From Podarcis melisellensis (lineage: Eukaryota): 64,000 nucleotides of DNA. A model generated the notes under the pieces. The model worked only from the letters and a program-made list of their open reading frames with translations. It searched no databases and was not told the DNA's origin. The number at the start of each line of letters is the position of its first letter. Positions within the stretch are counted from its first letter, which is position 1. Location: NCBI GenBank assembly GCA_964234715.1, contig OZ174285.1, one strand, 5' to 3'. The translations under genes were made by a program, and so were the position numbers. Shown in pieces: positions 12,082-26,261 of this stretch.

Positions 12082-15065
12082 ACTTCAATGGATTTAGATA
12101 TCCCTAAATTTCCATGGATTACATTTTATCTGTTTCTTGCTGCTGCTATGAAAATCTCCTTGCACCCACCAACTACAATGTTTGTTTGTTTTTAGCATAC
12201 CATATATGTATTGATTAAAACTGATAGCATGAACAGGATGCCAACTGGGTGTAATGGGGGCAATACATAAAAAGGAAACAGGGTGTCCTTTGAGACTCTC
12301 AAATCTGACAAAAATCCTACTCTCATTTGCATTGCCCGAGTTTCAGTAAGAAAGTAAATTATTAGATTGTACTCCTTTTCTACTCAACAAACCTCACAAA
12401 AGTAATAGCACTCTATAAAATATTTTGCCCAAGGCTTTCAAAATGCAGAATAATTCTCCACTCATAATTGGGTAAACTTTGCTAAAAATAGTTAAACTAT
12501 AGATGAAAACTGTTGTACCATGGATGCTTTAAGATGTTTAACTCAGGCATCAATGCATTTAAGTGGAAGTTGTCTCTGTTGACTCCCAGCAGGATTTGCT
12601 TCCAGGAGGGGGAAAAAATAAGACCTTCAAATAGATTGAATATGGCCCTGAGATGATGTTATTAAGCCAATGAAGGAAGGCTACAAAGTTTGGGTTGTTA
12701 TTTTTAAGTCATGATTTTTCTCACTTATAATATATCAAGCTAGTTTTCAATCCAAATCAAAATGATACTTGTTTAACCAAACTGAGTCCCCCCCCCCAAA
12801 GTAAGAGACTAAATATAAAATGTTTTGCTGCAATTCAGAGTTATTGCTTCCATTGTCATCATTTGCTAATTTTTGCAATTTTATATGTTTAAAATAGCAA
12901 TTGGGTTTCTCTGGCACTTTATCCTTTATAAACCCCACAATATTAATTTATCCACTTCTGGAGGATGAAAAGTGGGTCAGTCCTGTAGACAGCTCATCAG
13001 CGTTATCCAAACACGTTTGCACAACAGAATGGACTGGAGGTCTTGTGAAAATAAACAGCTTTGTGTCATTTATTTACTTTTCTAATGGAACGGGACAGGA
13101 AGAAATGGTTTCTGTTCAGGATTTCAGCTTTTCTACACTGGGCCTCAATGGCAGGGCAGATGGTGGGGGGGGGGATGGGCACATGCATAAGATTTTTCAG
13201 CTATTCATTAAGAGTTAAGCCAAGTTCTTCCGTCCCCACAAAAGTCTGGATTTGGTTAAAGCTTGGTAAAGCAAACTACATTCACAACAACTGAATTTTC
13301 TTAAAGTGAACCTCCCCCCCTTAAATGACAGTAATAGAAAATAATTTCCTGGCCAGAATTTAACTAGCTTCACATGACTTTGGCTGTGCAGACACAACAT
13401 TTTCTTCTAGAATCAATGGAGAATGACTACTTTTTTTTAGTTCACATACAATCTAAATTTACTGCATCTTTTTTGCCCCTGAAAAGCACTTATTGAGAAA
13501 ATGGTTTCATTCCAAAAATAAAAACTCATTGCATGTTGAGTCTGCATTACTCTGCAGTGTGTCCATTTGAAAACAGATGTTAAGTGGCCCTGGCAATTGG
13601 GGCCAGGTGTAGTCATACTCAGTGATGTTGAGGGAGTGAGTGTACACCAAGATTACAATCCACACTTCCTTCTTCATGTTTGGGGACAAAACAGCATGAA
13701 TAACCTCATAAAAGGGAGGTTTTTTTCAAATGTGTATCCAAGTAACCACACACCCCTTTGTGGATGGCAAGATCTAGAAACAATCTAGATTGAAAGCATT
13801 CTGAGAACTAGCATGAACAGTTCCGTATTGGCAGAAAAAACCCCTACATTTTTCTGTTGCAAACAGATTAGAGTGTACATAGTCTTTATCTGAGGCCTCC
13901 TTCGGGCTCTCCCTCACTCTTACTCCCAAGATTCGCATGGTCAAGCTGAGTATCACTCAAGGACAAGTTATTGAACCACTCAGTGTATCAGGTAATATGG
14001 AAGAAGGGTGAGGACATTATGGCCTGAAATGGAAGGGTGAGATGCTTAAAGGCCAGCTCACATGACCACCCGGCTGCTCACAAAAGCCCAACCCCTTTGG
14101 AGTTAAAATTTTGGGATGTTTCTGAATCCCTAACTTTAAAAAAAAAAAATTATTAGGCTTGCTTTAATTGTTATGCTTCAGTACACTCCCAGTACCTTTG
14201 CCAGAAGATAGAGAAGGAACCAGTAAATAAAATGACATATTAATTATTTTTAAGACTTCAGCATTTCAGAGAAAGTAGAGCTAAAATCCTGGAAAGCACA
14301 GGTTTTTCTATGGTGTGGTGGCATAACGAGTAATGCAAAAGTATTATCAATATTAGAGGATGAAGCAAGAGTCACCTTAAAGAAAACCATAGTGAGCTCA
14401 TGCACTCCAATTAGATCTTCTCTTTTGCCCATCATAGCTAATGAAGCTATGACATAACCGCTCTATAAATTTTGGATAAACACCGATTTTAGCCAGCAAT
14501 ATCTGGACTTCAACATTGGCTTTAAAAAAAATAAATAAATAAATCTGGATTTAATTTACAAATCAACATCTTTATCTCCCAGCACCTCAGTTAAACACAC
14601 TCACACCAGGAAGATGAGCTTCACAAGTATGGACAAACTGCACAAAGCATATTGCATTACACAGCCTCTAGAGATCACTCTATCAATATAGGAGAATCCA
14701 AGCAACTAGGTGCATGGTGACTTCTTTATCTGGAAAAGCATCTGCATAGATTGTGCTACATGTTGAGGAATGTCCCTAAAGACAAACATGCTTTCTAATC
14801 AATACAGCTTGCACATACTGTATTCTTATTGTCCGGGATTTTGAGACTCACAGGATCTCAAGCTGCATCCTAGCCCAAGCTCTGCTAATCTTGTGCCTCA
14901 GAACCCTCCTCCAGGTGTTGAAGGGAACAGGGACATTCAAGATTAGTTACTGCACCTGATAGGCAGTACAAAGTCTCTCTGGTTTGGTAAGGCCTGGTAA
15001 AAATAGAAGAAATCTGGCCTCCTGCCTTTGTCTGGCTAACAAAGCAGCACCTTTGGCTTGTTGAA

Positions 15066-15603
15066 TGTCAAGATCACACTTCTCCCCTTCAGCTACTGAC
15101 TATAGAGAATATATCAGATTTCAGCACAGCCATCCAAGATTACAGCTTGGCCTTGGCACTTTTATGGTTACAGACTGCTTGAATACAGTCAGTACAGGGC
15201 TCTGGACAACCCAGCTTCATGAACTGCTGGAGCTCAAAATAGGAAACCTTAGGTCTCATGTTGATGAGCTACTGAATTGCATGTTGCAGCTTCTACCCAG
15301 GCAATTTAGGACCTTGGACCCACTCTGACTGACTTTAGGATCCACCTGGACAAGGAGGAGTATAAAAGGGTTTCCTGTTCTGGTTAAGCTTTGCTTGGTC
15401 AACAAGTTCTTCCTGTATTATGTGGCATTCCTGTATCCTTTGACTGTCCTTTAGCCCTGAATTCTGGGCTGCTTTTCTTGGTCCTGCCTCTTGTTTCGTC
15501 CTTTGGTTCTGATTTACTCTTCAGTCTTGGTTACTGGCTCCATCCCACACAGCTACTGGTTCCTGGCTCCCCTCAGACTGCTGCCTACAACCCAGCCCTG
15601 ACA
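15066..15603 (+). mobile_element. Candidate solo LTR
   Basis: TGTCA...TGACA inverted termini, TATAAAA at 15361, pyrimidine-rich U5-like segment; TSD degenerate. Confidence 0.45.
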
Positions 15604-18276
15604 ATGACAGAGGGCTACCCACTGATTTCCCTTTATAGCACATCAGAGAGTGAGCAAGCTCTCAGCCGGAGGAAACAATGTCAGGATGATCGGGGTCTGT
15701 GATGTCTATAGCAGAGCTCTCAGCAGAGTGATGGGCAGGGTATGAGAAACTGAGGAGTGCTTGCATATAGAAGTCTTTTGTGTAGTGGTTTGCAAGCTAA
15801 AATCTAATTTTGGAAGTAAAGCACACTAGAGACAGGAAAATACAAATAATAAAAAAACAAAGTTGAACACGAATCTAATTTAGGGATCTTAAAAGTCTCC
15901 TGTCTGGAGAACTGGCAACTCTTTTACATTCGTGAATATTATAATATATATTATTACATATACAGACTGTTCTGTATCAACCTGTGAACTCCAAGCCATC
16001 TTTCATAAGGCTGGTAATAAATGCATGCACAAGATCATACTGCTTTATATTAACCAGAACCATACCTTATAACAATTTATACAGAACAGAAGCTGTTCTC
16101 TTAACAGTGATATGGTGCCCCATTAACCACATTTGTAAGTTCAAGGGGGGAAAAGAGTTAATTAACTATTAGCTAATTTGCATTTAGTAGCATTTAATAT
16201 GCACCTATTGACTTTTTCCTAACAATGTCAAAAACCTTCATTTCCCCACCATTATAGTTTTCAGGACATTGTTCACAGGAGTCAATATATGATTTTCACA
16301 ATGCAGATCTCAATCATTGTTGCCCACTGGATGCATATTAGGTGCAATTAGACTAATTGTGCATTCTGTTCTCCATTCATACAACACAGACATCTCAGTA
16401 AGCAATATAATGCAGATTGGAATAATTGTTGCATATCACAGAAATAATTATCCCAATTACACAGAAGCCTGAGCACCCAGTCATTGCTTTTTTGTGTGGG
16501 TCTGATGACAACAATCTCAACCCTGATGCTGTGTCCAGTATACTGACCCATAAAAATGAATATCTGACTTTTGCATAGAGAGGGGGCAGTCAAATATATT
16601 CATAGGATTGTTAGGATTTGCTAATAACAACATCTTCTGTAATGAAGAGCTGCAAATTTCTTTTACTGCTATCTCTTTCTAGTTGCATAATAATTTATCC
16701 ACTAGAGATATTTGCTAAAAATATTGCAACAAGCTCCAGGTAAAAAGAAGCAAAGTATGCAACTTTAAATCATTTGGTACATAAAGAAAAATATACATTA
16801 ATGTATCATTTGTTTATTAAAAGGTCCTTAGAAACATGTGTCAAGCAGTACAGACTTTCTGCAACATTTTGTTCAAATCCTCTCACAGCAGGCAGCTTAC
16901 TCAGTCTGAAAATTAATTTGAAGAAACATGACTGACCACTGAGTAATTTTAGCAATAGTTTTTGCTGAACCTTTTGTGGTAAACAATGTTGTTAGCTGAG
17001 CAGAAGAGTGACTAGACTTCAAAATGAATAGGCCTACAGGCAAGTACTGAAATACTTCATAGCCCAATAGTATGCTAGAGATTCTTTTATTATGAGTAAA
17101 GCACATTAAATTCCCAGGCAGTCACCACACTAAAACACACACACAAGCAGAGAATGAATCCACATTTAATTCTTTACTTCAGATCCTGGAAACTAGGAGT
17201 ATGCTTCCTAAATCTGCCCTACAAAATATTTTATAAATCAAATTGTGTTTTCATACAGTGAAAACCAAAGTATATTGTTATGGGTGGCATGTAACAATAT
17301 TTCTAAATAAGAGAGTCTATGTTTGAGTCTATGTTAGGGCTGTCTTTAGCAACAGTCACCCCCCACCCCAATACATGCACCCCACAACACTTTGCATAGT
17401 GTTTTTGCTAGAGCACCAAATTGAAAAGACTTCCCATTTCCTAAAACCTTATTGGATCACAGATGTTTCTACTATTCAAGAACTCTGGAATTTCAGCTCT
17501 CTTGGCTCAGTTTTCAGGGTCAGCTCCAGAGGGTGGCAGGTCTGGACATTTCCCAGGGTCCCAAAACAAACAGAGGGCCCAGCAACCTAAATGTGATATC
17601 ACTTCTGCTTTTCACAAATTATCCAATGAGATCAGCTAAGGAAATTCTCAGCTTGCATGGCCCTCCTCTTCTAGGTTAGAGAGACTCACGGAAGGTTCCT
17701 CCTAAATCCTGGAACCAGGGTTGTCTATATTCCTGCAAGTTTGCCTGCTGGTCATCCCAGCTACAAATGGGTATATAGGAAACCAATCCAGCCCCACCCA
17801 TTGTTCCACCCTTCTCAGTGTTCAGCTCTTCCTTTCTGTTTTACCCGCTATCAGCTTTTCTGGGGAAATGCCAAGCTTCTCCTCCCCCTCCTTTCCCCCT
17901 CCTACTTTGGGAAGACAGCCTGTCACGCAAGCTCCTGCCTTCCCCTCTCTTGTCTCTCCAACTGCCAGTGTGCATCACAGACTGTTTCCTCTTCCACCTC
18001 CTTATTGCACTTTCACTCCCAAGTTAGTTTAAACATTCTGTGTCCCTGAGTATTTAAGTTTTTGCTGTCCTAAAACCTCCCTGGCATGTCATGGGGACAC
18101 GGCTAACAATTATTATCATGAGGGAGATATTTTATTGTCTGGCTTTGGAATAATGGTCAAGTGTTGCTGTTAACACAACCTGTCAAAATACAGTTGCTTG
18201 GGAACCTGCTCTGCACCCACATATTTGCTGCAGATTCACCTCCCTGCCTTTGATATATTGTTAAAATGCACCATTC

Positions 18277-18655
18277 TTGGAATATTGTGTACAGTTCTGG
18301 TCACCCCCGTCTCAGAAAGGATATCGAAGGGCTGGAAAAAGCAAAGAACGATTATTGAAGTACTGGAACAACATTCTTGTGAGGACAACAACTTGGCTTT
18401 TTAGTTTAGTAAAAAAGGTGACTAAGGGAGGGACATCATAGAGGCCCATAAATTATGAATGACCTGGACAAAATGGATAGAAATCTTTATATTATTCAGG
18501 GTTCAGGGACACCTAATGTAATTAATTGACAGTAGACTCAAGTCAGACAAAAGTGCTTTCTCCACTGCTACATGACGTGGTAATAACCACTAGCTTAGAG
18601 GGTGTGTTTTTTAAGACATGTAGAGAAAATTTAATGGAAAGTAAGTCTGTTAAAG
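18277..18655 (+). mobile_element. CR1 LINE ORF2 3' fragment, degenerate
   Basis: TTGGAATATTGTGTACAGTTCTGGTCACCC encodes LEYCVQFWSP, a CR1 RT C-terminal motif; frameshifts follow. Confidence 0.8.
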
Positions 18656-20864
18656 GTTCTTCACTCAGTTCTTCACTCACTTTTAAATATAATAACTGCT
18701 TTCCCCATAGCCACAGCCTTGGATTCCAGGAGAAATCAATCATGGCTCTTTCTCTCAGCTGCCTAGCCTGTAGCATGTTTCTAGCTTCCAGCTCAAACAC
18801 ACCACTCTGGCCTTGAGGGAGGGGGCCCAGCCATTTGTTTTCTGGTACAGAGCCCATACATAACAACCCATACTTAGGGGGCCATTATGGCCTTTGCCTG
18901 GTTAATTCAGCAGTTGAATCCAGGAATTGGAAAAGACCCAGATATACAGCCTAACCTCCCCAACAATCTCTCAATAATATTGTTTTCATGCCCTGTCCGT
19001 GAACCTTTCATTTGCCCCAGTGGGAAGCAGGATGCTAGACTAGATGGACTTTTGGTCTGATCTTGCAGGCTCACAAGAAGCTCTGAAAAGAGTCTTTTGC
19101 CCTGGCACTGCAGATCTGAAAGGAAGAACCTACTGGCATCTGCCAGGACAGCTGGGAGTCTGCACAACCTGCTTTCCGAAAAGAACAGCATAGCAAGGGG
19201 CCAATCTGGCCCTATGCATCAGCCAGGGAATGTGCAGTTGTTCCATTGCTTGCTTTCCTCTTCCCTCATCATTTCTTCTTCCTTTTGAATCTATTTGATT
19301 GTGAGCCTGCAGGCAGGGTTATCCTTTAGTATCTCTACAGTACTTAGAAAAATGACAGCTGCTAAGTGATGATAATGAAGGCGTGACTTGTCACAGAGCT
19401 GGAAAAAGTTCAGTAGCGCCAGGCTCTGACCAGATCATTTGGATTTTTAGGAAATCCAAATTCTCTGCATGGAGACTGCCCTTATGGCCACAGACTCCAG
19501 TATTACTTTGGCAGTCTAAGGAAAGTGATCAGAGGGTCAGACATTCTGTTAGGTTTGCTTCATGATACCCTCTCTCTTCTGGCAAACAGCCTCTCTAACC
19601 TTCAGAAGGGCATATGTGCAGAGAAGCATGCAATGCTATAATCCAGCACACGTTATATCTGCTTTCAAAAACCCAGAATTTCCCCTTGAGAGAGAAAAGT
19701 ACAGGGAATGGGAAAATACATATGGTAGAAAATGTATCATCAAAATATGCCTGAAAGGGAGAAATGAGATAAACAGCTCTTTAAATCAATCAATTAAACA
19801 GTGAACATTTTTTCTTTGTTCATAACAGAGCTAACAGTGCCCTTCGTATTATTGTAATCTTTAATATGGACAATTTAAAAGGCCGTATTTGCATTGGAAG
19901 TGGTTAACCACAGTCATGCTGAATCAAACCGAGAGCTGTTTTAAAGGACATGCAGCTATCATGGGAAAAACTGTATGTGGATAACCACATTGAGCAGTTG
20001 GCATTGTTTCCAGTAACAACACCACAAAAACTCCTATGATGAATTTCTCCTTTTAAGCAGAGTTGGGGGAAATTCTGCATGGTGCAAATGCAGCAAACTT
20101 GCTAAAGGTAGGCTTGTGTAGGTCTGATCAGTGCTTGGATGAGAGACTGCCTAGTACCCCTCTCTCTGCTGCCGCCAGGAGTATCATGAAACAAAAGTGG
20201 AATATAGGGTGTAATATAGTAAGTTAATAAATATGCCATGCTCAGTGGAGATCCAGAAAGTTACAGCTTAGCTTCTTAACTGCATAATGTGTCCTTTTTT
20301 CACCAAATGGGGAGCATTCACAGTTAATAGTTCATCACGATTTATCTCAGCTCTAATTATTGCTCTCCACACACTTCCTTGCAAGTCAACAGCCATCATC
20401 TAGCACTTCACACACAAGAGGATAGACTGGTGGAGTGACTCAGCAAGGAAGACAAAAGCCACATTGGTGGTATTCCCTCCCAGCACTACAGCAAAGTGTC
20501 TTGATGACGTATTGCTGCTCCAAGGCAGTGGGCAGCTGCAACCGCAGAAGCACTGGTATCCACAGCAGAGGTGTTATGGGTTAGATTTTAGCAGTGGCGC
20601 AACACAGTTATATTGGCAGCAGGCCCCTGGTGCCTGGCCTTATGCTGTGCTGGCATCTGTGATCCTCATGGGATGTCAGTGTTACCTTCTGATCATGCCA
20701 GATGGCTGAATTGTACATGAAGGGCAATTCAGTGATTCATCTCCTTAAAAAATAAGAATGAAAAGCTGCCATGAAGGGCTGAAATTTGGGGCAGTGGAGG
20801 AAATGGACTAGTAAATATCTTCCTATTATTTGACTGCTCAAACTTGACCCCATTAGATGCTTCT

Positions 20865-21085
20865 GTCTTGCATGGAGGACAAGGCTATCAGTGGCTACTA
20901 GCCACAATGGCGGTGTTGGAGGCAATATGCTTCTAAATGCTAGCTGTAAGGAATCAAAAGTGCAGAGAGTGCTGTTGAGCTCATGTCCTGCTTGTGGTTC
21001 TTCCCAAAGGCATCTGGTTTGCCACTGAGAGAAAAGGATACTGGAATAGATAGGCCCAGTCTGATCAACCAGGGCATTTCTTATG
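20865..21085 (+). mobile_element. CR1-type LINE 3' end
   Basis: ATGGAGGACAAGGCTATCAGTGGCTACTAGCCA ... CTGGAATAGATAGGCC..GTCTGATC..TTCTTATG terminus; reverse copies at 26027 and 44612. Confidence 0.65.
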
Positions 21086-23208
21086 ATGGAGAAAATATGA
21101 GTTCACATCTTCTTCTCCACAGATAGAAAAACAGTTGGGGCATGGAAGAGGCCAGCTTTCAGAAGACAAATTGCCAGGAAACAGTTAAACAGCCTCATTC
21201 CCTATCAATCACCTCTTCAGTGTTTTCATTTTTAAAAATTTGGACGAAGAATTGCATAACTTTCCTGCATATGCAGATTGGCCCAAAGAATGGACAGAAA
21301 TATTAGGAGAAGTTGTGATCCAAAGGCAATGTGATATCTTCACCTACAAAACAAAGCTATGGTATGAGAATTTGATTGCAGATTAATTTTTTGCTTGACT
21401 TGTTTGAAAGTGGAACCTGTTAGTATGAAAGGTGAATAGCAAATAGAAAGTATATTTTGGTACAATGTTTTCCTCATTTTCAATTGTATATATTAATTAA
21501 AATACTTTCTATACATCATGTATATGTAAAGGTACTATTTCAGGGTAACAGAGAAGATTGAACTGGCTTGATTTTTCCCCAGCATCACGCACTGTGATGA
21601 AGATGTAAAGGTAGTTTAAAGGCTAAATATAAAATTTAATATAAATAATTAAATGTAAGTGTTGCAAAATAGGTGAGGTTAAGTAACATAGTTTTATGCT
21701 AACATAGATTGTTCATGAAAATTATTGGGTAAATACATTAGGTGTAGATGGGAAGTCATGTATAAAGATATGAAATGTAGAATAATAGAATGGAAGATGA
21801 TTGATATTGTAGTTAACTGGAAAATTAGTGGTTTTTTCCCTTTGGTGGTCTTTATTGTTTCTTTCAACTTGTAATGCAAATTCTACGTTATGTTTCTTTT
21901 TGAATTTATCAAATAAAGGGGGGATAGAAAGAAAAAGAAAATTATTTAAAAGTGTGTTTTGGGATCTCTAAATCCAGAAGATGCTAACATTTTAAAGTCT
22001 GAAAAACTCTGTTCCTTGGAGAATTAACAATGCACTCCCACCCTGGAATCATGTTTGCTGGGCAGGAGATAAAATCACTACTGAATTCCGTTATACTGGT
22101 GGAATGTCCAACAACACTGACACTGTCAAATTATGCAATGTGATTCTGTTATATCAATCATACATATCGCTGGTTTAAGCCCCATGGTTGGTGATGGGTG
22201 GAGGAAGAGATGCTAGGAACGGGCAGAAGTGCCTGTTAGTATTGCTGTGTTATCTCTGGTTTTTACTTGTATTGTTTTGCTTTCTGCTTTGCTGCTGGGA
22301 GGGAGTGCACGCGATTACAATTAAATTAGGCTGGCGTGTGACCCTGGCATAGCCTTGCGTAGCAACCACTGGCATAACAGAATCAGTCTGTGAATCTAAA
22401 ACACAAGACTGAGATGATTTCAAATTTATTCTCACCACTTCTCACAGCTTCTTAAAAATTTTGTCACATCAAGCAGGACAAAAATGTCACATGAAGCTGC
22501 TGTATGTTTAAACGTGTTGGTTCAGCATGACTGAAATGGCATAGCATTGGCATGGTATTTAATTCACAAATGTGAGCTAAATAAATAAGAGAATAACTAG
22601 AACCATTTTGCTCATCTCTAATATTTAGTATGGACATTTAATGGTAAAAGGCTCCCTGGGGAACAGAAAACTCACCCAACGTTTGTTTTAGAAAACTGAA
22701 TAAAGGTTTTTCAAAGCTCTCACCGTATGGTTGCTTTGGCCATTTACTTTTTCCACTTCAAATCCTACTGCTTGTTTCAGAATCTTTTATGCAAACACAG
22801 ATTAATAGATTTTAAAAACTGCAGGCTCAGTGAAGAGATTAGTTATCCTAGTAATGATATATTACTGGGTACAGTCCAAATTCTACATTCTGATACACCT
22901 GGGCAACCCCAGTTTTGCATCCAATCATAAGCAGCTTCATTTGGAAATCCAGCCACGTTTGGAACTATCCCAAGCACAAAACTTACACAATACCTCACCT
23001 ATTATATGAGTCAACTGAGGTTATCAGAGGTCATCCTGTATCATACATCCATATTTGTTTCTGTAAGAGAGAAGGTCTCCCTCCCCCAATAATGCAGTAG
23101 AGCCTAGTATTCTATTGTGAACAGAAGATGATCAGCTAACTGTTATACTCTGATTCAAATAACTGTGTTGCTAAATGCTCCTGATCAATTGTCATCATTT
23201 CTTGGGTA

Positions 23209-23265
23209 AATCATAGAATTTTAGTGCTGGAAGGGACCCCAAATGTCATCTAGTCCAACCCCTTG
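23209..23265 (-). mobile_element. CR1-type 3' tail fragment
   Basis: AATCATAGAAT..CTGGAAGGGACCCC..GTCATCTAGTCCAACCCC. Confidence 0.65.
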
Positions 23266-23869
23266 AAAAACTGGAAACTTTAACCTTTATGTAAAAAAAG
23301 CAAATTTCTGCACCCACAGCCAAGGCCTATGTATAAAGAAAATTCATCCTGTTCCTCACTGCAGCTTCGCAGGCTGAGAGAAGCACATTAGGTGTTCTCA
23401 AGGGCTTGTGGGTATTTGTTGTATTCTTATTATTTGAAGTGCTGGCCATCCTACAGCATATCAGAAACAGCTTTTGATTTCCTCACCCTGATTAAAACAA
23501 AAACAATAAACAGTTTTCACTGTGATAGGTGGAGCTATTATTGAAATGTAAATCCACAAGTTGACCCAAGGGCGCTGAACTAGTCATACAATTCTTTGAT
23601 TATATTGGCCTATAAGTCTATACCCTGGTGTGGTTTTCTATACCAATATGATACAAATCCAAGGAATATAGATCCCTCCGTGACTACCAGGCAGAAGTGA
23701 TCAGGGAATGCCCTGTCATGATTAGGGCATTCTTTGCTTTATATTGCCACAAGTTCAGAATGACATGCAATAGATCTGTTTGTTGCACATTCTTTTTGAT
23801 GCAACAGTAGATATAGGGTTATGTGGATTATTGGCCAAATCCAACGTAACATTACTTATTTCCTTGAGT

Positions 23870-24213
23870 GAAGGAACCCCTGACCATTAGGTTCAGTCGT
23901 GGCCAACTCTGGGGTTGTGGCACTCATCTCGTTTTATTGGCCAAGGAAGCTGGCGTACATCTTCTGGGTCATGTGGCCAGCATGACTAAGCCGCTTCTGA
24001 CGAACCAGAGCAGTGCACAGAAACGCCGTTTACCTTCCTGCCGAAGCGGTACCTATTTATCTACTTGCACTTTGACGTGCTTTCAAACTGCTAGGTTGGC
24101 AGAAGCAGGGACCAAGCAACGGGAGCTCACCCCGTTGCGGGGATTCAAACCATGACCTTCTGATCAGCAAGTCCTAGGCTCTGTGGTTTAACCCACAGCG
24201 CCACCCGCGTCCC
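23870..24213 (-). mobile_element. Sauria SINE, full length
   Basis: Highly similar to the 11736 copy; TSD TATTTCCTTGAGT at 23857-23869 and 24215-24227. Confidence 0.92.
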
Positions 24214-24414
24214 GTATTTCCTTGAGTAATTAGATGCTAATGTTCAGTGTCTTCTCATGAGAATAAAAATCTCCCTGGTGTGGTTTTCCTCCCCCATTTT
24301 TATGCAGTCTAATCATAGTTAACCAAACCATTTCTTTGCCTACTTATTGGAATGGATTTTTGTCTTCCCAAACTTAAGTTTTAGATTTATGGTAATATGA
24401 TGATTTATATGAAT

Positions 24415-24608
24415 TTAGAATAATAGAATAATAGAATAGAAAGGGACTCCTAGGGTTATCTAGTCTAGTGCAACCCACTGCAATGCAGGAATCTCAGCTA
24501 AAGCATCCATGACAGATGACCATCCAGCCTCTGTTAAAAAACCTCTAATGAAGGAAAGTCCACCATCTCCTGAGGGGGTGTCTGTTCCATTGTTAAACAG
24601 CTCTTACC
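24415..24608 (-). mobile_element. CR1 LINE 3' end
   Basis: (AGAATAAT)n tail, then GAAAGGGACTCC..ATCTAGTC..CTGCAATGCAGGAATC..CCATCCAGCCTCTG..TTCCATTGTTAAACAGCTCTTAC. Confidence 0.75.
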
Positions 24609-26026
24609 TTGTGTGTATTTTTCCTTCAGGTTGGACCTGTCCCTTTCTATTCAGAATAAAATCCTCTGATCCATTCAGTTTAGCAGCTAACAAGAGGTAG
24701 CCATGTATAAGAAATTCTGCAGTTAGAAATATTCAGTGCATTACTATTAGAGCATGTTTCTTCCTAACCCCCAGTAGGCAGTGGCTGTCTTAAATCTTTA
24801 CTAATAAATGTAAATCTGTTTCAAATGCTTGCTTTGTTTATTAATGTTTCTGAAGACTAAAAAATATCATGCTTTCCATAAATGTGTCATTCCAACCAGA
24901 AGTAAATCCCTCTATATTTAGCTGGGCTTACTTCTAAGTAAGTGTGCAAGGGATCGCAAAGCAATTTACACACTTGCCTTGTTCTGAATTTAGAATTTAG
25001 AATCACTTCCTTCCCAGATAAAATGCATTGATTGGGCTCAGTTACAAGCAAGGTAAGATCCATTGGATACAGCAGAGCTTATTTATTGTTAAACATGCTG
25101 CACACCTTCTGGGATCTTGCAATGTATTTTGTTTCAGATGTTACAAAACAATTTGCAAAGGAATTATACATTGTGGGGAAATATATTTTCATGTTTTCAA
25201 TGGTTTGTGTTTTGTATGCATTCTTCTTTAGCAAATAATGACAACCAGAATAAAAGATTATAATATCTTCCCTATAGCTTGTAGTAGTCTAAATTTTCTC
25301 ATTCTTGTTTGATACATCACATACTGGCCTGGCTGATATTTCAAATTGAAGCAGGTTGATACCCAGAAAGTTTAATTGCGGTTGTAGAACCATAAACTAG
25401 TTCAGGCTCACTGAAGTGGAATGGTATGTGAACCTTAGCAAGCCTTTTCTGAGTTTTCTTCTGAATCTTTTGTTCGTTTATCGCTTTGGTGGGGAAAATC
25501 ACTGCTGGGGCCTCAGAATAGTTGAGGGAATAGCATCAGTAAGGGGCGTAATATTGAGATAGCAAATTGGAACGTGATAACTTGCAGAAATGCATCCATT
25601 TGGTAACAGTGATTTGCTTTTATTATAAAAAAGGACAACTGAGTTGTCACACAACGTGAAAACGAAGGGGAAAAGTTCACCTCCAGAGATACTGTTGAAC
25701 AAAGAGCAGCAGCAGCTCTGTGGGTCAGCATGATATGTTTTATAATCATCCATATGGAGGTGTAACAAATGAAAAAACCTCACAGGCACAGATCCCATGT
25801 TGCTGAGCCTGCACCAGATCAATTCACCACTCTTTTCCACTCTATGTACCATTCATGCACCACACGCCACTTCAAAGAGACACAGTGAAATCTGAGTAGC
25901 CACCCCTAAAACTAGTAGAATTATTTTCGAACAAAGACTTGCCATAGAAGAAATCTGAGTACACTGCAGGAAATTGGTTTGGGGGCTGGTGTTAATGTCC
26001 GGGTTTAGATAGAAACAGGTTAGACC

Positions 26027-26236
26027 CAAGAAGAGCCCAGCTGGGTCAGATAAAGGCCCAACTACTCTAGTATTTTGTTCTCATGGTGGCCAACCATATA
26101 CCTCTGGGAAGCCTGGAAGAAGGACCTGAATGCAGTGTCCTGTCTTGTGAATCCCCAGAACTGGTATTCCAGACATACTTGAGGTAGTAAATAGCCATCA
26201 GAGCCAGTAGGCACTGATAGCCTTATCCTTCATAAA
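26027..26236 (-). mobile_element. CR1-type LINE 3' end
   Basis: Reverse homologue of 20865-21085 (AAGAAGAGCC..CTGGGTCAGA..GATAGCCTTATCCTTCAT). Confidence 0.6.
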
Positions 26237-26261
26237 ACTAATTTTATTCATTGTTTATATC

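Noticed and set aside
23868-24155. Similar ORFs at 11771, 23868 and 37081 that look like a gene family
   Set aside because: They are translations of Sauria SINE copies.
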